From Armatimonadota bacterium (GTDB lineage Bacteria > Armatimonadota > Fimbriimonadia > Fimbriimonadales > GBS-DC): 64,000 bases of DNA. The stretch's first letter is position 1. The number at the start of each line of letters is the position of its first letter. Both the position numbers and the translations under genes were made by a program. Shown piece after piece: positions 8,977 to 18,519 of this stretch. The stretch is from contig JBBIJY010000012.1 of assembly GCA_037445735.1 (NCBI GenBank), forward strand, positions 1 to 64,000, read 5' to 3'. Under the pieces are notes generated by a model. The model was not told the DNA's origin and made no database searches. It saw only the letters and a list, made by a program, of their open reading frames with translations.

Positions 8977-11463
8977 TCAGTAGCGGCGTTTGCGCTTTGG
9001 CTTGTTCGGACGGTTCGGCTTCTTCGTCCTGGTGTCGGTCGCACCGGCGGCTACGGGCTGCTCCGTGCTGGTTGGGGCGGGCGCGGGTGTGGGAGTCGGT
9101 CGCGCGCCCGTCGCGGTCGCCCGCAGCGCGCTCTGCTGACGCGCCTGCGTGCGCGCCCGAAACGCCTCCCAGTCCACAATCAGCTGGCTCGCGATAAATA
9201 TCGACGAGTAAGTGCCCACCAGCGAGCCAATGGTCATCGCCACATAGAAGTGGCGCAGGTCGTGGGTGACGGAACCCCAGATGAAGAGCGGGATCAGCAC
9301 CAGCAGCAGCGTGAGCGTGATCCAGATCGAGCGGGTCAGCGTCTGGTTCAGGCTGCGATTGACCACCGCCTCCAGCGTCTCGCCCTTTGCCCGATAGCGC
9401 AGATTCTCGCGGATGCGGTCGAACACCACGATGGTGTCGTGCATCGAAAAGCCGATGAGCGTCAGCAGGGCGGTCAGGAAGAGCGAGTTGACCTCCCAGC
9501 CGAGCAGGTAGCCCAGAATCGCCGAGGAGCCGACCACCACCAGCACATCGTGCGCCAGCGCAATCAGCGATGCCACACCGAATTTGAACCCGCTCCAGCC
9601 ACCCTCGATCGCGAAGCGGAACGCGATATAGAGCATAATCGCAATCAGCGAGATAATCACGGCGGAGTAGGCGCGTTGCACAATTTCGGCACGCACGCGC
9701 GGGCTGATACTGGCGAAGCTGACCTCCTTCAGCGCGCCCAGCGGCTGCAACGCTGCTAAAATGCGCGGCTTATCCCTGTCGCTCGTGTCCGCCACATGCA
9801 CAATCAGCTGGCGGTTATTGTCCGCGAACTGTGCACCTGCCTTCGTAAAGCCCGCGCGACGCAGCATATCGGTAATCTCGTCGAGGCTCGCCCGAATCGG
9901 CTGATCGGCTTGCAGCACCAGCTCGCTTCCACCGGCGAAGTCGATGCCCGGCTTGAGACCGCCCAGCCCCAGCCAGCTGATCAGACCCGCCCCGATCAGC
10001 ACCGCACTGAGCGCATAGAACAGGCGGCGCCGCCCCACAAAATCGAACCGATCACGCACGCGCTCCAGACCCTCGCCAATCGTCACGCCAATCTGCCGCC
10101 TCAGACCAAACAGCTTCGGATCGGGGTGAACGCCCAGCCCCACCAGCGAGTAAAGCAGCGTGCGCGTGCAGGTGATCGCCGTGAAGAAGCTGATAACCAC
10201 ACCAATCGCCAGCGTGGTCGCAAAACCCTGCACGGGACCTGTGCCATAGTTATACAAAATCACGCAGGTAATAATCGTGCTGAGATTGGAGTCGAAAATC
10301 GCGGCGAAGGCGCGTTTGAAGCCCGCATCGATGGCTGCCATCAGCGTCTTGCCGATGCGCAGCTCCTCCTTAACACGCTCAAAAATCAGGATGTTGGCGT
10401 CGACAGCCATCCCGATGGAGAGGATAAAGCCCGCGATGGCGGGCAGCGAGAAGGTCACGCCCAGCGCCTTGAACACGGCGATCGAGAACAGCACATACAG
10501 CCCCAGCGCGATGGAGGCGAGCGTGCCCGGCAGCAGATAGTATCCGATCATGAATAACATGACCAGGATTGTGCCGATGATGCCCGCCTGAACGATGCGA
10601 TCCCACGCGCGGGCGCCCAGAATCGGCTCCACGCGGGTAATGGTCTCCACGCGCAGGCTCACAGGCAGCGCACCCGCCCGCAGCAGGTCGCGCAGGCGTG
10701 TCGCCTCCTTGAGCGTGAAGTTGCCCCGAATCACAGGGTTGCGCAGGTTCGCCGATTCCACCACTGGCGCTGAGATGATGCGGTTGTCCAGCACAATCGC
10801 GATATGCTCTTTGAGATAAAGGGAGGTGGCACGGGCGAACTTCTCTTCGGCTTCAGGCTTCAGATAGAGCGCCACTTCAGGGCTGAAGGTCTGGCTGACC
10901 ACCTCCGCATCGCGCAAATCGTCGCCGGTGATAATCAGCGGAGAGCTTTGAATGATTTGCAGATATTCGGGCGTGCCCTCCTTGATGAGCTTGCCTGGCT
11001 CTTTGGTGTTGCCCAGATCGCGGAAGCGCACAATCTCTCCGCCCCGCTCATCTTTTTCGATCACCAGCTCATACCGCCCCATGGGGTTCTTCTCGGTGCG
11101 CACATCCTTGAGGTAGCGGAATTCGAGGCGGGCAGTCACCGAGAGCAGGTCGAGCGCCTCCTGCTGATTGGTGAAGCCGGGCAGCTCGATCACGATTTCG
11201 CGGTCGCCCCGCTTGAAAATGCCAGGTTCGACCACGCCCAGCGTGTCGATGCGTTTCTGCAGGATGTCCGCCACCAGGTTCAAACGGCTCTGATCCCAGC
11301 GCCGCTGTTCTTCAGGGGGCAGTTTCTCCACCTCAGCGCGGAGCGTCATGCGGATGCCGCCCTGCACATCGAGACCCTGGCGGGTCTTGAGCTTGACAAC
11401 GCCCCAGCCAGCGAGTCCCGCCAGCACAATAATGATGCCCAGATAGATAAAATGCCTTTGCAT
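8977..11463 (-). CDS. secDF: Fused protein translocase subunit SecDF
   Basis: GLDVQGG, IGMAVDANILIFERVKEE, GIDFAGG, HDVL, DTIVVFDRIRENL, GTYSSIFIA. Confidence 0.95.
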   Translation of the reverse strand: MQRHFIYLGIIIVLAGLAGWGVVKLKTRQGLDVQGGIRMTLRAEVEKLPPEEQRRWDQSRLNLVADILQKRIDTLGVVEPGIFKRGDREIVIELPGFTNQQEALDLLSVTARLEFRYLKDVRTEKNPMGRYELVIEKDERGGEIVRFRDLGNTKEPGKLIKEGTPEYLQIIQSSPLIITGDDLRDAEVVSQTFSPEVALYLKPEAEEKFARATSLYLKEHIAIVLDNRIISAPVVESANLRNPVIRGNFTLKEATRLRDLLRAGALPVSLRVETITRVEPILGARAWDRIVQAGIIGTILVMLFMIGYYLLPGTLASIALGLYVLFSIAVFKALGVTFSLPAIAGFILSIGMAVDANILIFERVKEELRIGKTLMAAIDAGFKRAFAAIFDSNLSTIITCVILYNYGTGPVQGFATTLAIGVVISFFTAITCTRTLLYSLVGLGVHPDPKLFGLRRQIGVTIGEGLERVRDRFDFVGRRRLFYALSAVLIGAGLISWLGLGGLKPGIDFAGGSELVLQADQPIRASLDEITDMLRRAGFTKAGAQFADNNRQLIVHVADTSDRDKPRILAALQPLGALKEVSFASISPRVRAEIVQRAYSAVIISLIAIMLYIAFRFAIEGGWSGFKFGVASLIALAHDVLVVVGSSAILGYLLGWEVNSLFLTALLTLIGFSMHDTIVVFDRIRENLRYRAKGETLEAVVNRSLNQTLTRSIWITLTLLLVLIPLFIWGSVTHDLRHFYVAMTIGSLVGTYSSIFIASQLIVDWEAFRARTQARQQSALRATATGARPTPTPAPAPTSTEQPVAAGATDTRTKKPNRPNKPKRKRRY

Positions 11464-11505
11464 GCGCGTTCGTCTCCTCCGGATGCCCTCAGCGTCCGCG
11501 GGCTA

Positions 11506-12405
11506 TTATACCCCCTGAATCTTCGGCAATTCACGATAGGTGGTGAGTCGGATACCCTCCTGCTGCAGCAGCGATTTGAACGCTGGCTCCAGCAGGATGC
11601 GCAGTTCATCCACGCGATAGCGCCAGCTGTCGGTGATGGCGTGCCCTTCCGGGTCATCTTCGCCCAGATGCACGATCAGCTCCGTGACGCCCGGCTTGAG
11701 GTCGCGAATGAACTGGTGCAGCCGCTGGCGATGCTGCTCGAAGGCTTCGCCGGGCGCGTATTGCGGGTTCAGGTAATCGATGGTGGGGATGCCCGCCTGC
11801 TGGAGGCGCTTGTAAATGGGCATGTAGTCCAGCCCGCGCGTTTTTGCCATCAGCACTATCTCTGGTGTCGGGCTGAACACCATCGGCGTGATTTTGTATT
11901 CCATCGCCACCTTGAGGAACACCTCGAAGAAGCGGGGGTCGGCATAGAGCGTGCCCATGTGGGAGTCGAGGTGCGTGGGTCGCACGCCGAACTGCAGGGC
12001 GCGTTCGATCTGGGCGCGAATCTCGGCTTCCACCTCCTGCGGGCTGGCATGGCGCACCACCTCCTCCACGGAGCGCCACAGGAATCCCTCTTTGTCGATA
12101 AGCCCCTTCACCCTGTCGGGGTGCGCCACAGGGCGCCATCGATAGAACGGCCATTCGCTGGTGAGTGTGAGGTGCAGACCCACATCGGCGGTCGGATTTC
12201 TGCGCACCCATTCGGCAGCGGCGGGAAACCAGGGGCAGGGAACCATCATGCTGATGCTGCTGACCACGCCCGCTTCGAATGCCCGAATCGTGCCCCGATT
12301 CTTGGCATGGCACATGCCGAAATCGTCGGCGTGAATAATCAGGTACCGCTCCTTCGCGCGCGGCACAAATGCCTCCTGCGGACCAGCTAAACGACGAGCG
12401 CTCAT
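11506..12405 (-). CDS. YdjC/ChbG family polysaccharide deacetylase
   Basis: LIIHADDFG, VGLHLTLTSEW, THLDSHMG, TELIVH; start uncertain. Confidence 0.85.
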   Translation of the reverse strand: MSARRLAGPQEAFVPRAKERYLIIHADDFGMCHAKNRGTIRAFEAGVVSSISMMVPCPWFPAAAEWVRRNPTADVGLHLTLTSEWPFYRWRPVAHPDRVKGLIDKEGFLWRSVEEVVRHASPQEVEAEIRAQIERALQFGVRPTHLDSHMGTLYADPRFFEVFLKVAMEYKITPMVFSPTPEIVLMAKTRGLDYMPIYKRLQQAGIPTIDYLNPQYAPGEAFEQHRQRLHQFIRDLKPGVTELIVHLGEDDPEGHAITDSWRYRVDELRILLEPAFKSLLQQEGIRLTTYRELPKIQGV

Positions 12406-12461
12406 AGCAGGGGACAGGTTCGCCAGAGGGCGACTGGTTCCTGCAACCCTGTGGTGATCTG

Positions 12462-12493
12462 CCCCTTCTCCCAGCACTGTGGGAGAGGGAGGG
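12462..12493. repeat. REP-like palindromic element (variant)
   Basis: CCCCTTCTCCCA-GCACTG-TGGGAGAGGGAGGG hairpin, similar to the copies at 30405 and 50640. Confidence 0.6.
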
Positions 12494-12530
12494 CTTAATT
12501 CGGGTATGCTTTTACTGGAGGTGGTGTGGC

Positions 12531-13118
12531 ATGCAGGATACGGCGGTGCTGATTGTGGATGTGCAGAACGATTTTTGTCCGGGCGGTGCGCTGGCAGTGC
12601 CAGAGGGCGACAGGGTTGTGCCTGTGCTGAATCGGGTGGCGGCGCAGGTGGCGCAGCGGGGTGGCACGGTGGTCGCCTCGCGCGACTGGCATCCGCCCAT
12701 CACGCGCCATTTCGCCGCTTATGGCGGCAAGTGGCCCGTCCATTGCGTGCAGAACACGCCCGGCGCCCAGTTCCACCCTGACCTGAAACTGCCGCAGGGC
12801 ACCCTCATTATCAGCAAGGGCACCAGCGAGAACGACGACGGCTACTCCGCCTTCGAAGGGCGCACCGAAGATGGGCGCAGCCTGCTGGAGATTCTGCGCG
12901 AGCGCGGTATCAAACGCCTGATTGTGGGCGGGCTGGCAACCGATTACTGCGTGCGGGCATCGGTGCTGGACGCGCTCAAAAACGGATTCGAAGTGCTGGT
13001 GCTGACCGATGCCGTGCGCGGTGTGAACCTCCAGCCCGACGATAGCGAGCGCGCCCTGCAGGAGATGCAGGCGGCGGGCGCAACGCTGACCGATTCCGAC
13101 ACCCTCATCGCAAAGTGA
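12531..13118 (+). CDS. pncA: Nicotinamidase/pyrazinamidase
   Basis: VDVQNDFCPGGAL, DWHP, WPVHCVQ, GLATDYCV. Confidence 0.93.
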   Translation: MQDTAVLIVDVQNDFCPGGALAVPEGDRVVPVLNRVAAQVAQRGGTVVASRDWHPPITRHFAAYGGKWPVHCVQNTPGAQFHPDLKLPQGTLIISKGTSENDDGYSAFEGRTEDGRSLLEILRERGIKRLIVGGLATDYCVRASVLDALKNGFEVLVLTDAVRGVNLQPDDSERALQEMQAAGATLTDSDTLIAK

Positions 13119-13131
13119 AGGAGGCTGAACG

Positions 13132-13332
13132 ATGTGCCGTGACGAATCGTTCGTGCCCGTCTCGCTGGAGCCTGACCCCGTGATCGAAGCCTACAAACAG
13201 CACATCGACCGCACGCTGCTGATTGAGAACCTCAAGCTGACGCCCACCGAGCGGCTGCGCAGGCTGATGGAGCTGCAGCGGTTCGCCGAGGCGCTGCGCG
13301 AGGCAGGCAAACGACTGCGAGAAGCCCGATGA
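13132..13332 (+). CDS. Small helical protein, putative antitoxin
   Basis: 66 aa, AAGGAGG RBS, ATGA overlap with the downstream nucleotidyltransferase; IDRTLLIENLKLTPTERL pattern. Confidence 0.7.
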   Translation: MCRDESFVPVSLEPDPVIEAYKQHIDRTLLIENLKLTPTERLRRLMELQRFAEALREAGKRLREAR

Positions 13333-13811
13333 CCGACTTTGAGAAGATCCTCCAGCAACTGCACGCGCACGGCGTGGAGTTTATTCTGATTGGCGGGGTG
13401 GCGGCGCGGGTGTTCGGTTCCGCCCGCCTGACCGATGATATCGATATCGTTTATCGGCGCACGCCAGAGAATCTGCAACGGCTGGTGGACGCGCTGGCGC
13501 CGTATCAGCCCTATTTGCGGGGCGCACCGCCCGGACTGCCCTTCCGCTGGGAGGTTAGCACGCTCCGACACGGCTTGAACTTCACGCTGACCACCCAGCT
13601 GGGCAGTATCGACCTGTTTGGCGAGGTGGTGGGCGGCGGCACCTATGAACAGCTGCTGCCATCCACCCTCACGCTGGAGATTAGTGGTATCCCCTGCCGC
13701 TGTGTGACGCTGACCAAGCTCATCGAGCTGAAACGCGCGGCAGGACGCCCACACGACCTCGAAGCCATCGCCGAGCTGGAAACCCTGCAGGAGCTTTCCG
13801 ACGGGGCATGA
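13329..13811 (+). CDS. Nucleotidyltransferase, AbiEii/MenT/DUF6036-like
   Basis: IGGVAA-x3-G-x2-R-x-T-x-D-x-D motif; C-terminal LIELKRAAGRPHD. Confidence 0.75.
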   Translation: MTDFEKILQQLHAHGVEFILIGGVAARVFGSARLTDDIDIVYRRTPENLQRLVDALAPYQPYLRGAPPGLPFRWEVSTLRHGLNFTLTTQLGSIDLFGEVVGGGTYEQLLPSTLTLEISGIPCRCVTLTKLIELKRAAGRPHDLEAIAELETLQELSDGA

Positions 13812-13816
13812 CGGTG

Positions 13817-14836
13817 CTATCGGGCGGCTAACGGCGCGCGGGCATGGGCGTCGAGATCGAAATCGGCGCGTTCGCCCGCCCGCAGGCGATAGTAGCCCGC
13901 GCAGGCAATCATCGCGGCGTTATCGGTGCAGTAGTGCAGGGGCGGGATGAACAGCTGGAGCCGTTCGCGCTCGGCGGCGTCGCGCATCTGGCTCTGCAGG
14001 GCGGAGTTCGCCGCGACGCCGCCCACCACCGTCAGCGTGCCAGTCTGACACTCCCGCGCTGCCCGCACCGCTTTGACCGTCAGCACATCCACGACCGCCT
14101 GCTGGAACGAGGCGCACAGGTCGGCAATCGTCGCCTCGTCCAGCTCGCCTGAAGCGCGCAGGCGCTCCACCTCGCGCAGAACCGCCGTCTTCAACCCGCT
14201 GAAACTGAAGTTGTAAGTGCTCTCCAGCCATGCACGCGGGAACGCGAACGCATGGGGATCCCCCTTGCGTGCCAGCCGATCAATCGCGGGTCCGCCGGGG
14301 TAGCCCAGCCCCAGCAGCCGCGCGACCTTGTCGAACGCTTCGCCTGCCGCGTCGTCGAGCGTCTCGCCCAGCAGCCGGTAATCGCCGTGCGCTTTCGCCA
14401 GCACCAGCTCGGTGTGCCCCCCTGACACAATCAGGCACAGGTGCGGGAACGGGATGGGCGCGTCGGGTTCGGTGAGGAACGCCGAGTAGAGATGTCCCTC
14501 CAGATGGTGGACCCCAACGAAGGGGCGGTCGAGCGCGAGCGCGAGCGCTTTGGCGGCTGCCAGCCCCACCACCAGCGCGCCCACCAGCCCCGGACGGTTG
14601 GTGACGGCGATCCCGTCGATATCGCTCCAGCGGATGCCCGCCTCGTCCAGCGCCTGCTGAAGGATGGGGTTGAGCCGTTCCACATGCTGGCGGGCGGCGG
14701 CTTCAGGCACGATACCGCCCCAGCGCGCGTGCAACTCCGCCTGCGAAGCGACGATGCTGCTGCGCACCTGTCGCCTCTCCAGCACAGCGGCTGCCGTCTC
14801 ATCGCAACTGGTCTCGATGCCCAGAATCACACGCAC
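13817..14836 (-). CDS. tsaD: tRNA N6-threonylcarbamoyltransferase TsaD
   Basis: ILGIETSCDETA, HHLEGH, VSGGHT, DDAAGEAFDKVAR, SFSGLKT, CTDNAAMIA; GTG start 7 nt after TATAAT. Confidence 0.95.
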   Translation of the reverse strand: MRVILGIETSCDETAAAVLERRQVRSSIVASQAELHARWGGIVPEAAARQHVERLNPILQQALDEAGIRWSDIDGIAVTNRPGLVGALVVGLAAAKALALALDRPFVGVHHLEGHLYSAFLTEPDAPIPFPHLCLIVSGGHTELVLAKAHGDYRLLGETLDDAAGEAFDKVARLLGLGYPGGPAIDRLARKGDPHAFAFPRAWLESTYNFSFSGLKTAVLREVERLRASGELDEATIADLCASFQQAVVDVLTVKAVRAARECQTGTLTVVGGVAANSALQSQMRDAAERERLQLFIPPLHYCTDNAAMIACAGYYRLRAGERADFDLDAHARAPLAAR

Positions 14837-14844
14837 CAGCAAGA

Positions 14845-15765
14845 TTATACTGCTTCGCGGTCGCGGGGAGCGGTGCGCAGTTTCTCGATGGCGTGCAGGA
14901 GCCAGCGGCTGCTGCGGGCGAGCGGGTCGTTCGGCTGCTGCGGATCGAGCGGTTCGGGCGTGCGTCCCATCGCCAGATCGCGCATGAAGCGCTCCACCTG
15001 ACGCAGGCGCTCGCGCTGTTCCAGCAGGGCGTGCGCGACTGGTTCCCAGTGTGTACCGCGCAGCGCGTGCAACGCCGATTCGTCTTCCCCCGTCAGAAGC
15101 CAGCGGGTCATCCGTCGTGCGGGGCGCAGATAGAAGCGCCAGAACCAGCCCATCAGCAACGCGCCCATCAGCACACAGAACCATAGCGCCTGCATGCGGC
15201 GGGTGCAGCCCTGCTGGATGCGGGTCTCATGCCAGCCCATCAGCGCCTGCTGGAGCGACTGGAGAGCCGCCTGAAGGCTGTCCTGACTCTCCAGATGGAA
15301 GGCGTGCAGGGTTTCGAGGCTGATGCTGCGGGCGTCGGTACGGCGCAGATACTCCTGCAAGCTGGCACTGATCTGTTGCCATTCCATCTCGGTGCGGATG
15401 ACCGCCCAGTGCAGGGTTTCGGGCGCGCCGGGCTGCTGGAGGGGCGGTTCCAGCGCGTTCCGCAAGGCGCGGAAGGCACGCTCGGCTTCATGGGTGCGCT
15501 CGCGCAACTGCGCCTGCACAGCCGCCGGCTCCACACCGCTGGCGCGCACCATCGGCGAGGCGCTCGCGCCCAGCACTGTGACCAGCCGCTCACAATCGCT
15601 CACCGCCTGCTGGAAGCGCACCCACGCCGCCATGAGCTGAACTTGCTGAATAATCGTGTGCCCCAGCGCCTGCTCAACGAGCCACACGCGCCATAAGCCA
15701 ATAAGCAAGCACAGCCCGATGAGCCACAGCCCAACCGTCTCCCAGTTCAAACGCCGTTCGCCCAT
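14845..15765 (-). CDS. Hypothetical 2-TM protein with a helical extracytoplasmic domain and HAMP-like tail
   Basis: N-terminal TM, about 175-aa helical region, second TM (LWFCVLMGALLMGWFW), short cytoplasmic tail. Confidence 0.6.
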   Translation of the reverse strand: MGERRLNWETVGLWLIGLCLLIGLWRVWLVEQALGHTIIQQVQLMAAWVRFQQAVSDCERLVTVLGASASPMVRASGVEPAAVQAQLRERTHEAERAFRALRNALEPPLQQPGAPETLHWAVIRTEMEWQQISASLQEYLRRTDARSISLETLHAFHLESQDSLQAALQSLQQALMGWHETRIQQGCTRRMQALWFCVLMGALLMGWFWRFYLRPARRMTRWLLTGEDESALHALRGTHWEPVAHALLEQRERLRQVERFMRDLAMGRTPEPLDPQQPNDPLARSSRWLLHAIEKLRTAPRDREAV

Positions 15766-15854
15766 ATCGCTGACCGCTGCTCCAAATGTTGTTCCATATT
15801 GCCTGCCGAAATAGCGATGCAGGACACACTCTGATGAGGGCGAATCGCATACCC

Positions 15855-17471
15855 ATGCGAGTTCGAACGCGCTATTGGCTCGGATGGTTGTGCTATCTGT
15901 TGCTGGTCAGCCTCGCCTGGAGCGGTTCGAACCCCTCGCTGACGGAGGCTATCGAACGCATTCGGGACGAGGGGCTGAACCACTCGCAGGTGATGCAGAC
16001 GCTCTCGTATCTGACCGATGTGATTGGACCCCGCCTGACAGGCTCCCCTGCGCTGTGGCGAGCACACGAATGGACACGCGACCAGCTGCAGCGCTGGGGC
16101 TTGCAAAACGCCCGAATCGAGAGCTGGGGCACTTTCGGACGCGGCTGGACGCTCAAGCGCTTCTCCGCCGAGATGGTCGAACCGCAGTGCATGCCGATTA
16201 CGGGCATGCCGAAGGCGTGGTCGCCCGGCTTCCGTCGCCCCATCACCGCCGAAGTGGTCTATATCGACGCGCGCACGCCTGCCGATCTGGAGAAGTATCG
16301 GGGCAAACTTCGGGGCAAGATTGTGCTGAACACGCCCGGTCCAGTGCCGCTGGGCTTGCTGACCGAGCCGCTCGCTCGCCGACTGGAAAGCGAATCGGAG
16401 CGCATGCAGCCGCGCCGCCGACCCAGCACAGGTCCCCCCACCTCGCCCGAGCTGGAGGACGCCAAATATCGCCTCTATGCACAGGAGCGCGTCGCGCTGG
16501 TGGTGGAGACCAGTGTGGTCGGTGAGGGTGTCGCCATCCGCGTGATGGGCGCCCGCACCGTCCGCCTCAACGAGAGCGACCCTACACGCCCATGGCAACC
16601 CGGCGCGCGCGTCATCCCCCAGATTGTTATCGCGCCTGAACCGTACAACCGCATGGTGCGCATGCTGCAACAGGGCGAACGGGTCAAAATGAGCGTGAAT
16701 CTGCGCGTGGAGTTCCATGAGAACCAGCAGGGCTACAACACGATTGCCGAAATCCCCGGCACCGACCTGAAAGACGAGATTGTGATGCTGGGGGCGCACC
16801 TCGATTCGTGGCACGCGGCGACGGGCACCACCGATAACGCGGCGGGCGTCGCGGTGTGCATGGAGGCGGTGCGCATTCTGATGGCGGCGGGCTTGCAACC
16901 GCGCCGCACGATTCGGATCGCGCTCTGGGGCGGCGAGGAGCAGGGTCTGCTCGGCTCCCGCGCCTATGTCGCCCAGCACTTCGCCCGCTGGGAAGGTACG
17001 GGCGAAGGGCGCCGACTCATCACAACGCCCGATTATAACCGATTCTGCGTCTACTTCAACTACGATAACGGTGCAGGACGCATTCGCGGCATCAATCTGG
17101 AGGGCATCGAAGCGCTTCAGCCCATCTTCGCCGAGTGGCTCAAACCGTTCGAAGACCTGCAGGCGACCACGATCTCCATGCGGGGCACTGGCAGCACCGA
17201 CCATGTGTCGTTCAATAGCGTCGGGCTGCCCGGCTTCCAGTTCATTCAGGACCCGCTGGAGTACGGCACGCGCACATGGCACACCAATCAGGACTACTAT
17301 GACCGTGCGCCTGCCGAGGACCTCAAGCAGGCGGCGACGATTATGGCGGCGCTGGTGTATCAGGCGGCGATGCGGGATGAGCGGCTGCCGCGTCGGGAGC
17401 TGACCGCGCCCCGCGCCGCGCTCATGCCTGCCCATTCAGGCGCAGGCATGGACGACGAGCATGACCATTAG
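15855..17471 (+). CDS. M28 family (carboxypeptidase Q-like) secreted metallopeptidase
   Basis: Signal peptide, IGPRLTGS, LGAHLDSW, GTTDNAAG, WGGEEQGLLGS, STDH, TWHT. Confidence 0.88.
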   Translation: MRVRTRYWLGWLCYLLLVSLAWSGSNPSLTEAIERIRDEGLNHSQVMQTLSYLTDVIGPRLTGSPALWRAHEWTRDQLQRWGLQNARIESWGTFGRGWTLKRFSAEMVEPQCMPITGMPKAWSPGFRRPITAEVVYIDARTPADLEKYRGKLRGKIVLNTPGPVPLGLLTEPLARRLESESERMQPRRRPSTGPPTSPELEDAKYRLYAQERVALVVETSVVGEGVAIRVMGARTVRLNESDPTRPWQPGARVIPQIVIAPEPYNRMVRMLQQGERVKMSVNLRVEFHENQQGYNTIAEIPGTDLKDEIVMLGAHLDSWHAATGTTDNAAGVAVCMEAVRILMAAGLQPRRTIRIALWGGEEQGLLGSRAYVAQHFARWEGTGEGRRLITTPDYNRFCVYFNYDNGAGRIRGINLEGIEALQPIFAEWLKPFEDLQATTISMRGTGSTDHVSFNSVGLPGFQFIQDPLEYGTRTWHTNQDYYDRAPAEDLKQAATIMAALVYQAAMRDERLPRRELTAPRAALMPAHSGAGMDDEHDH

Positions 17472-18502
17472 TCGCCAACAGGTTTCGCGACCGACTGGGT
17501 GAAGGCGATGTAGTCTTCGAGCGTTTCGAGGGCGCGCCCCGTTTCGATGGCGCGGAGGGCGATATTCGCGCCGTCGCGCGGGTCATCCACACGCCCCGCG
17601 ATCCAGAGCGCCATCGCCGCGCCCGGCAACAGCGCCCGCATGCGCTCTTCATCGTCGCCAGCGAGCGCGGCGCGGAGGTAGCTCGCGTTCTGTTCGGGTG
17701 TCTCGCCCGCGATGATCGCGCTGCCCATCACGCGCTCCAGACCGATATCTTCGGGCGTGAACTCAAAAGTTTCGACAGAGCCGTCGGGCTTCAGGTGCGC
17801 GGCGACCGTTGTGCCAATCGGCGACACTTCGTCCAGCCCGTCCATGCCGTGAACGACCAGCGCACGCTCCACGCCCAATCGCCACAGCGCCTCGGCGAGA
17901 ATCGCAATCCACTGCCAGTGGAACACGCCGAGCAGTTGATAGCGGGCGCCGGCAGGGTTGGTGAGCGGTCCGAGCAGGTTGAACACGGTGCGCACGCCCA
18001 GCTCGCGCCGCACGGGCGCCACCGTGCGCATCGCGGGGTGATGCGCCGGCGCGAACAGGAAACCGATGCCGATCTGCTCGATGGCTTCGGTGACCTGCTC
18101 TGGCGTGAGGTTAAGGTTCACGCCGAGCGCCTCCAGCACATCGGCGCTGCCGCATCGGCTGCTGACCGCGCGATTGCCGTGCTTGGCGACGGGCACGCCC
18201 GCTGCCGCGACCACGAACGCAATCGCGGTGGAGAGGTTCCATGTTTTGATGGCGTCGCCGCCTGTGCCACAGGTGTCCAGCAGGCTGAGTGGGGGCACGG
18301 ACACGCGCACGGCAAGCGCGCGCATGGCGCGGGCGAAACCGACCAGCTCGTCCAGTGTCTCACCTCGCGTGCGCAACGCCATCAGCACGCCCGCAATCTG
18401 CACAGGGGTCAACTCGCCCCCCATCAGCGCGCGCATCAACTGCTCCGCCTCGCTCTCGCTCAGGATGGAGCCTTCCAGCACTTTTCGGGCTATCGCGTCC
18501 AT
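17468..18502 (-). CDS. trpD: Anthranilate phosphoribosyltransferase
   Basis: DTCGTGGD, NLST, KHGNRAVSS-x-CGSADVLE, RTVFNLLGPLTNP, GLDEVS. Confidence 0.95.
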   Translation of the reverse strand: MDAIARKVLEGSILSESEAEQLMRALMGGELTPVQIAGVLMALRTRGETLDELVGFARAMRALAVRVSVPPLSLLDTCGTGGDAIKTWNLSTAIAFVVAAAGVPVAKHGNRAVSSRCGSADVLEALGVNLNLTPEQVTEAIEQIGIGFLFAPAHHPAMRTVAPVRRELGVRTVFNLLGPLTNPAGARYQLLGVFHWQWIAILAEALWRLGVERALVVHGMDGLDEVSPIGTTVAAHLKPDGSVETFEFTPEDIGLERVMGSAIIAGETPEQNASYLRAALAGDDEERMRALLPGAAMALWIAGRVDDPRDGANIALRAIETGRALETLEDYIAFTQSVAKPVGD

Positions 18503-18519
18503 GGTTATTGGGTCGGGTT

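Noticed and set aside
8977-11463. SecD-SecF fusion as a novelty
   Set aside because: Fused SecDF is well known in many phyla
15747-17435. Long antisense ORFs (also 10804-12390, 54127-55644, 42043-43389)
   Set aside because: Typical stop-poor shadows opposite real genes in GC-rich DNA, with no recognisable motifs
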